This document shows positions 60,082 through 64,000 of a DNA stretch of 64,000 bases, piece after piece. Source of the stretch: Macrostomum hystrix (taxonomy: Eukaryota; Animalia; Platyhelminthes); contig CATNEN010000039.1 of assembly GCA_950097015.1 (NCBI GenBank), forward strand, positions 9,176,001 to 9,240,000. Direction: 5' to 3'. The notes under the pieces were generated by a model. The model had not been told where the DNA came from. It did not search any database and worked only from the letters and a program-made list of their open reading frames with translations. The first letter of the stretch is position 1, and every line of letters begins with the position of its first letter. The translations under genes and the position numbers were made by a program.

Positions 60082-60764
60082 ATGTACTTTTACTTAAGAA
60101 AGCAGGTTTTCTTGACGACTTCAAACATTCACGAGCTGGCTAACAAAGGTTATTTAAGGTTGTCATTATCGAAATAATTGTTTTGAACTGATTCATTTTG
60201 AACTCAGAACATGCGAATCGATGATTAGTTAGTCCTGCTTGCTTACGCTAATATTTATGTTCCAATGAAATGCCGCTTATAGCTGTGAAATCATCCGAAG
60301 GTGCACGAGACAGTAATTGGCTTGAGCACGAGTTTTAGTTCGAGTACTACAGGCTACATTTACTTGTAAAGCGAATTAATCATGTATTCATTGAAGACTG
60401 TTCAAATATATAACTGCGTTGTTTATTGTTTAAATACAATCAGCTGCTCAAAGCAGGTCTGAGAATTACGAGCTTTATAGTGCATTCACCATCGACAGAT
60501 GGGAAATCTTAATCTGGCATGTCAAGAAACTGGTTAATTATACTCAAACGTCAGCTAAGCATAATGGACTTGATATTAGATCCAAAACTATTTGGTGATT
60601 GAACCTAACTTGTGATATGTAAAACATTATTCATTGATAATGTCTTTCCAAATATTTACTAAGATTCATTGGAAAAGTAACACTGATTTGCAATGTACAC
60701 TCGCAGGTTACTAAAAGCGAGTTGTCAGTTTCCAACGTTATACATACATTCAGCGAAATAATTA

Positions 60765-60995
60765 CCACATAGCTTTTACCGACAAAGTCTTTCCCACCGT
60801 GCTGTTTTCATCAAGCTCTTCCAATAGAGCTCTACCCACCTAGCTCCTCCGACTGAATCTTCCCACCGAGCTCTTCCCATCAAAATCTTCCCATCGAAAC
60901 CTTTCCCACCGAGCTTTTCCTACCGAGTTCCTCCCATCCAAATCTTTCACCGAGTTCTTCCCTACCGAACTCTTCCCACCGAGCTCTTCCCATCC
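60765..60995. repeat. Degenerate ~18-19-bp tandem repeat
   Basis: Recurrent GAGCTCTTCCCACC-like units. Confidence 0.7.
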
Positions 60996-62130
60996 TGATT
61001 TTCCCTCAAAGCCTACTATCCTTCAATTTTCCCAATGGGTGAATAATTTAAGTCTAAACTTGTGCGCATTTTTGGGTGAGAAACTTTTTTTAGCCCGAAA
61101 ATAATTACCATCCAATATTTGTTATTCTTTGTACTACCACCCACCTTGCATTTTATAGTTCGCCTTTTATTGTGGTATTCCCTGACATTTCCAAACCTTT
61201 CATTGTTTGTTAGCTCGCTCCAGACACAGAGTAAGATATCTTTAGAACTGGAAAATACTGTCTAAAAAAAGAGCTTAGCCGGCTCACCGCGTGCGCACCC
61301 CATGTGGAGCAGATCGGCTTTGATATGAGGACGGCCTGCTGTGTCCTTTCATAGAACTCTACTCACTATTTCGCATTTAATGCCCAGTGCTTATTTTTGA
61401 TTGTCTCAACGTCCAATGCACAAATTGAAATTGAATGTCAGCACGCTGTCATTTTGCTCGAAAAGATTGACAATAGCAGACACTGCTCTATCCGCTGGGG
61501 CATTCTTCGCCTATTTAGTGTCTGCTGCCAATGTGAGCACAAAGTGTCATCGGCACGCGGTGTTGTGCCAGCATTTGACATTTGTTGCTCACCATAAGGT
61601 GTTATTATTTGTAACAAGTTCTTTTCTCTACGTGTGTGCGCCATGAATCAAAACCGCATTCTAAACAGAATAAATTTCGCAGCGATTTTATGTTCCGATT
61701 TTACTATTTTCCGATTATACGGATTAAAGCCATGCGTTCGATAAAATTAAAATTCCGTTTTTTACTCTCGTTACGATCGCGTACCTCTTCTTCATCTCTA
61801 GAGTTCATTGGTACTTTTTTCGGTTGACTGAATATATTTAATGGAAATTTTGATTAAATAATGATAATGCAGATGCTACTGTAGAACTACTCGTACGTAC
61901 GTAACAATGGGATTTCCCCTCCCCCACCAGATAATTTTTGTGCTGCACCCGAACAGCGCAACGAAAGCACACGAAACTCAAGAACATGGGCCAAACTTAT
62001 GTTGCGCATCTTCTGAAACAAATAATCAAGTCGCCAGCTCTTCAGACCGTCGAGATATTCAATGGTTCTGGCCAAAGGTTCGATTTTTTCCATAAGCGCT
62101 TAGACCCTTTTGACACACGAATTAGCTCGT

Positions 62131-62217
62131 AGCACTGCGCCTCAGCGTGGCCTTGCCAGGCCTTCAAAATTTATCAGCACGTCACCCGAATGTGCCTGCA
62201 TCATCTCCGTCTTCGGT
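62131..62217 (+). repeat. Dispersed repeat, second copy at ~23436-23521
   Basis: GCACTGC[A/G]CCTCAG..GGCCTTGCCAGGCCTTCAAA.TTTATCAGCACGTCACCCGAATGTGCCTGCATCATCTCCGTCTTCGGTG occurs at both sites. Confidence 0.8.
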
Positions 62218-62789
62218 GTTCCCCTAACATTATCCAGACGGATTTGCTGGACCTTCAAGGGCTACAACTGTTGGACATAGGTCACTGCACTATGGACACC
62301 CTGACGCGAATTTCTCCAATTTTATACTGCTCAACCCAAAATATTAGGCGCAGCTCAACCACACAGTACACCATCGCCTATTCTGTTAACCAATCAGTCA
62401 CCACTCAACGCTGTTAGCCTTAAGGCGCTGCCAAAAAAATTTACAGGAGGATTTTCTCCCTTGGTATAAAAACGGGCGGCAAAATGGCTTGGTAGTCCTA
62501 CTGTTAAACTGTAAATTGAGTCTGCGAGTTTCGTGAGGCGCTCAACGAGTTTGGTGACCTCACGCTGAGATGCAACCGCTACCTCGCCCGTACAACAATC
62601 CGACGTCCGGCGACGTCGGTGGCAAATTGGAACTTTTACATTACACCGACGTTAGATCGACGTTAGCGTTTCAAGCTAGATTTTTTTCCAGGGTTTTGAA
62701 AATTTTTGAGCATTTTTCGTTTCGTCGGATTTCGTCGGCGTAATGTACGAGCGTAAGATTTCCCATCTGTCATCGACGTCGCTGGACGT

Positions 62790-63000
62790 AAAGCCGCATA
62801 TAGTAACTAAGCGACCGCTTCGACTTCCGCCCAGTCGGCGCCGAGACGCTGGGAGCCTTCGGGCCTGAGGCTCTGGACCTCATCGAAGCGCTGTACAGCT
62901 GCAACCAGGTGCAGACGGGCGAGTGCAGTGCACGCGCGCGCATCTTCCGGATTCTGGGTGCTGACATCCAAGCCGTAAATGCTGGCCGCCAGACCACAGA
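62790..63000 (+). mobile_element. 3' fragment of CRE-like non-LTR retrotransposon (restriction-like endonuclease C-terminus)
   Basis: The frame from 62807 reads LSDRFDFRPVGAETLGAFGPEALDLIEAL...TGE..ARARIFRILGADIQAVNA, resembling the RLE tail motif 'F.P.a.ETLG.wGp.A......R.s..iQrgNA'. Confidence 0.6.
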
Positions 63001-64000
63001 GCCACCGTAGAACTCACCTCTGAATATTTTTTAACTATTTTTAACTAATGACTATGGGTTATTTTAATCAATTAATTATGATTATGATCAAATACGAATT
63101 ACAACTTACCAATGTTGTTTTTTAACAATACATATGCCTTTCTGGATATAAATGATACGTACATTAGAACCAACAAATTCACACACCATTCACGAAAGCA
63201 AATGCGGTTATCTAATTGTTTTATGGGATCAACAAGAATAGATTATTCATCTGTCAATATCAATATCAAATATCAAGCAATGATTTCCTTTTCTGTTCAT
63301 TCATCGCCATGCAGTACGGAAATTAGGGGAAGACTCATCTACTGCAGGGAGTACTTGCTATACTGACAAATGGATTCTGCTCTATGCTTACTATATATCT
63401 AACTACTACATTAGTTAACTATAACCCTAATAAAGCGTTACTGTATCTAAATTTTCTTCTTTTGTCGATGTTGTACTGGAAGTAGTGTCAATAGGATGAT
63501 AGTGACTGAAAACGTATCAGAAGTTTACCACGATTCAGCAGTCCAAGTTATTAAGTTTTGATTACTTCTTTCCCTGCAATTCTGATCGAACCGAATCACC
63601 ATTTAAAAAACTAGTAACAGCCGAATGATCAAGCTAATATCAAGTTTAGAGTTGTGGGTAAATATTGTAGTGTCACTTTTAGTGGCTAAACATGTGGTTC
63701 GTCAACGCCCCTTACATTACACCTCATATATTACTTCTATATACTACAACATACTACTAAGTCAAGGATTAATATTAGTCTGATATGCAATAATTATTGC
63801 GCTAAAGTACTAGAATATTAATATTTGCCATCCTATTAATATTCATTTTTTAATTTTCTTTCCCTAATGAATTTTTCAGACTATCGGTTTGTTTATGTTA
63901 ATGCTGTATCTAGTTTTAAAATAAATTTCCTAGATTTGCTCTAAGACTGTAAATCTGGATGGTAGGCTGCAGCCTGCATAGAGTTGTCGGACCTAGCTGT

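Overview
Eukaryotic animal genomic DNA: AT-rich introns and intergenic DNA, GT-AG spliceosomal introns, and many unrelated minisatellites. The style resembles a free-living flatworm such as Macrostomum, but this is inference only. Host genes reconstructed exon by exon: the 5' part of a ceramide/sphingosine-kinase-family gene (-, runs off the left edge), SCYL2 (+, 9 coding exons), a SUN-domain nuclear-envelope protein (+), a DEG/ENaC channel (-, 3 exons) whose ~13 kb first intron holds a same-strand intronless rhodopsin-like GPCR, and a P2C (Na+/K+-type) ATPase alpha subunit (+, 6 exons). Mobile DNA: an intact Ty3/Gypsy element with identical 207-bp LTRs inside an ~8 kb 24-bp satellite, a decayed IS630/Tc1-like transposon with 161-bp TIRs, a decayed LTR pol remnant, a CRE-like RLE fragment, two tRNA-derived SINE families and a TTAA-flanked CAGTAG...CTACTG MITE family. 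Top lead: the ATPase keeps Na,K-type M5/M6 ligands but has the H,K-ATPase-type Arg in M8 (DLLARKTRR) plus other changes around Na+ site III and a non-canonical C-terminus. This suggests an independently evolved electroneutral pump, and it sits head-to-head with the ENaC-family gene. Reference motifs and residue numbers were recalled from memory; no database searches were run.
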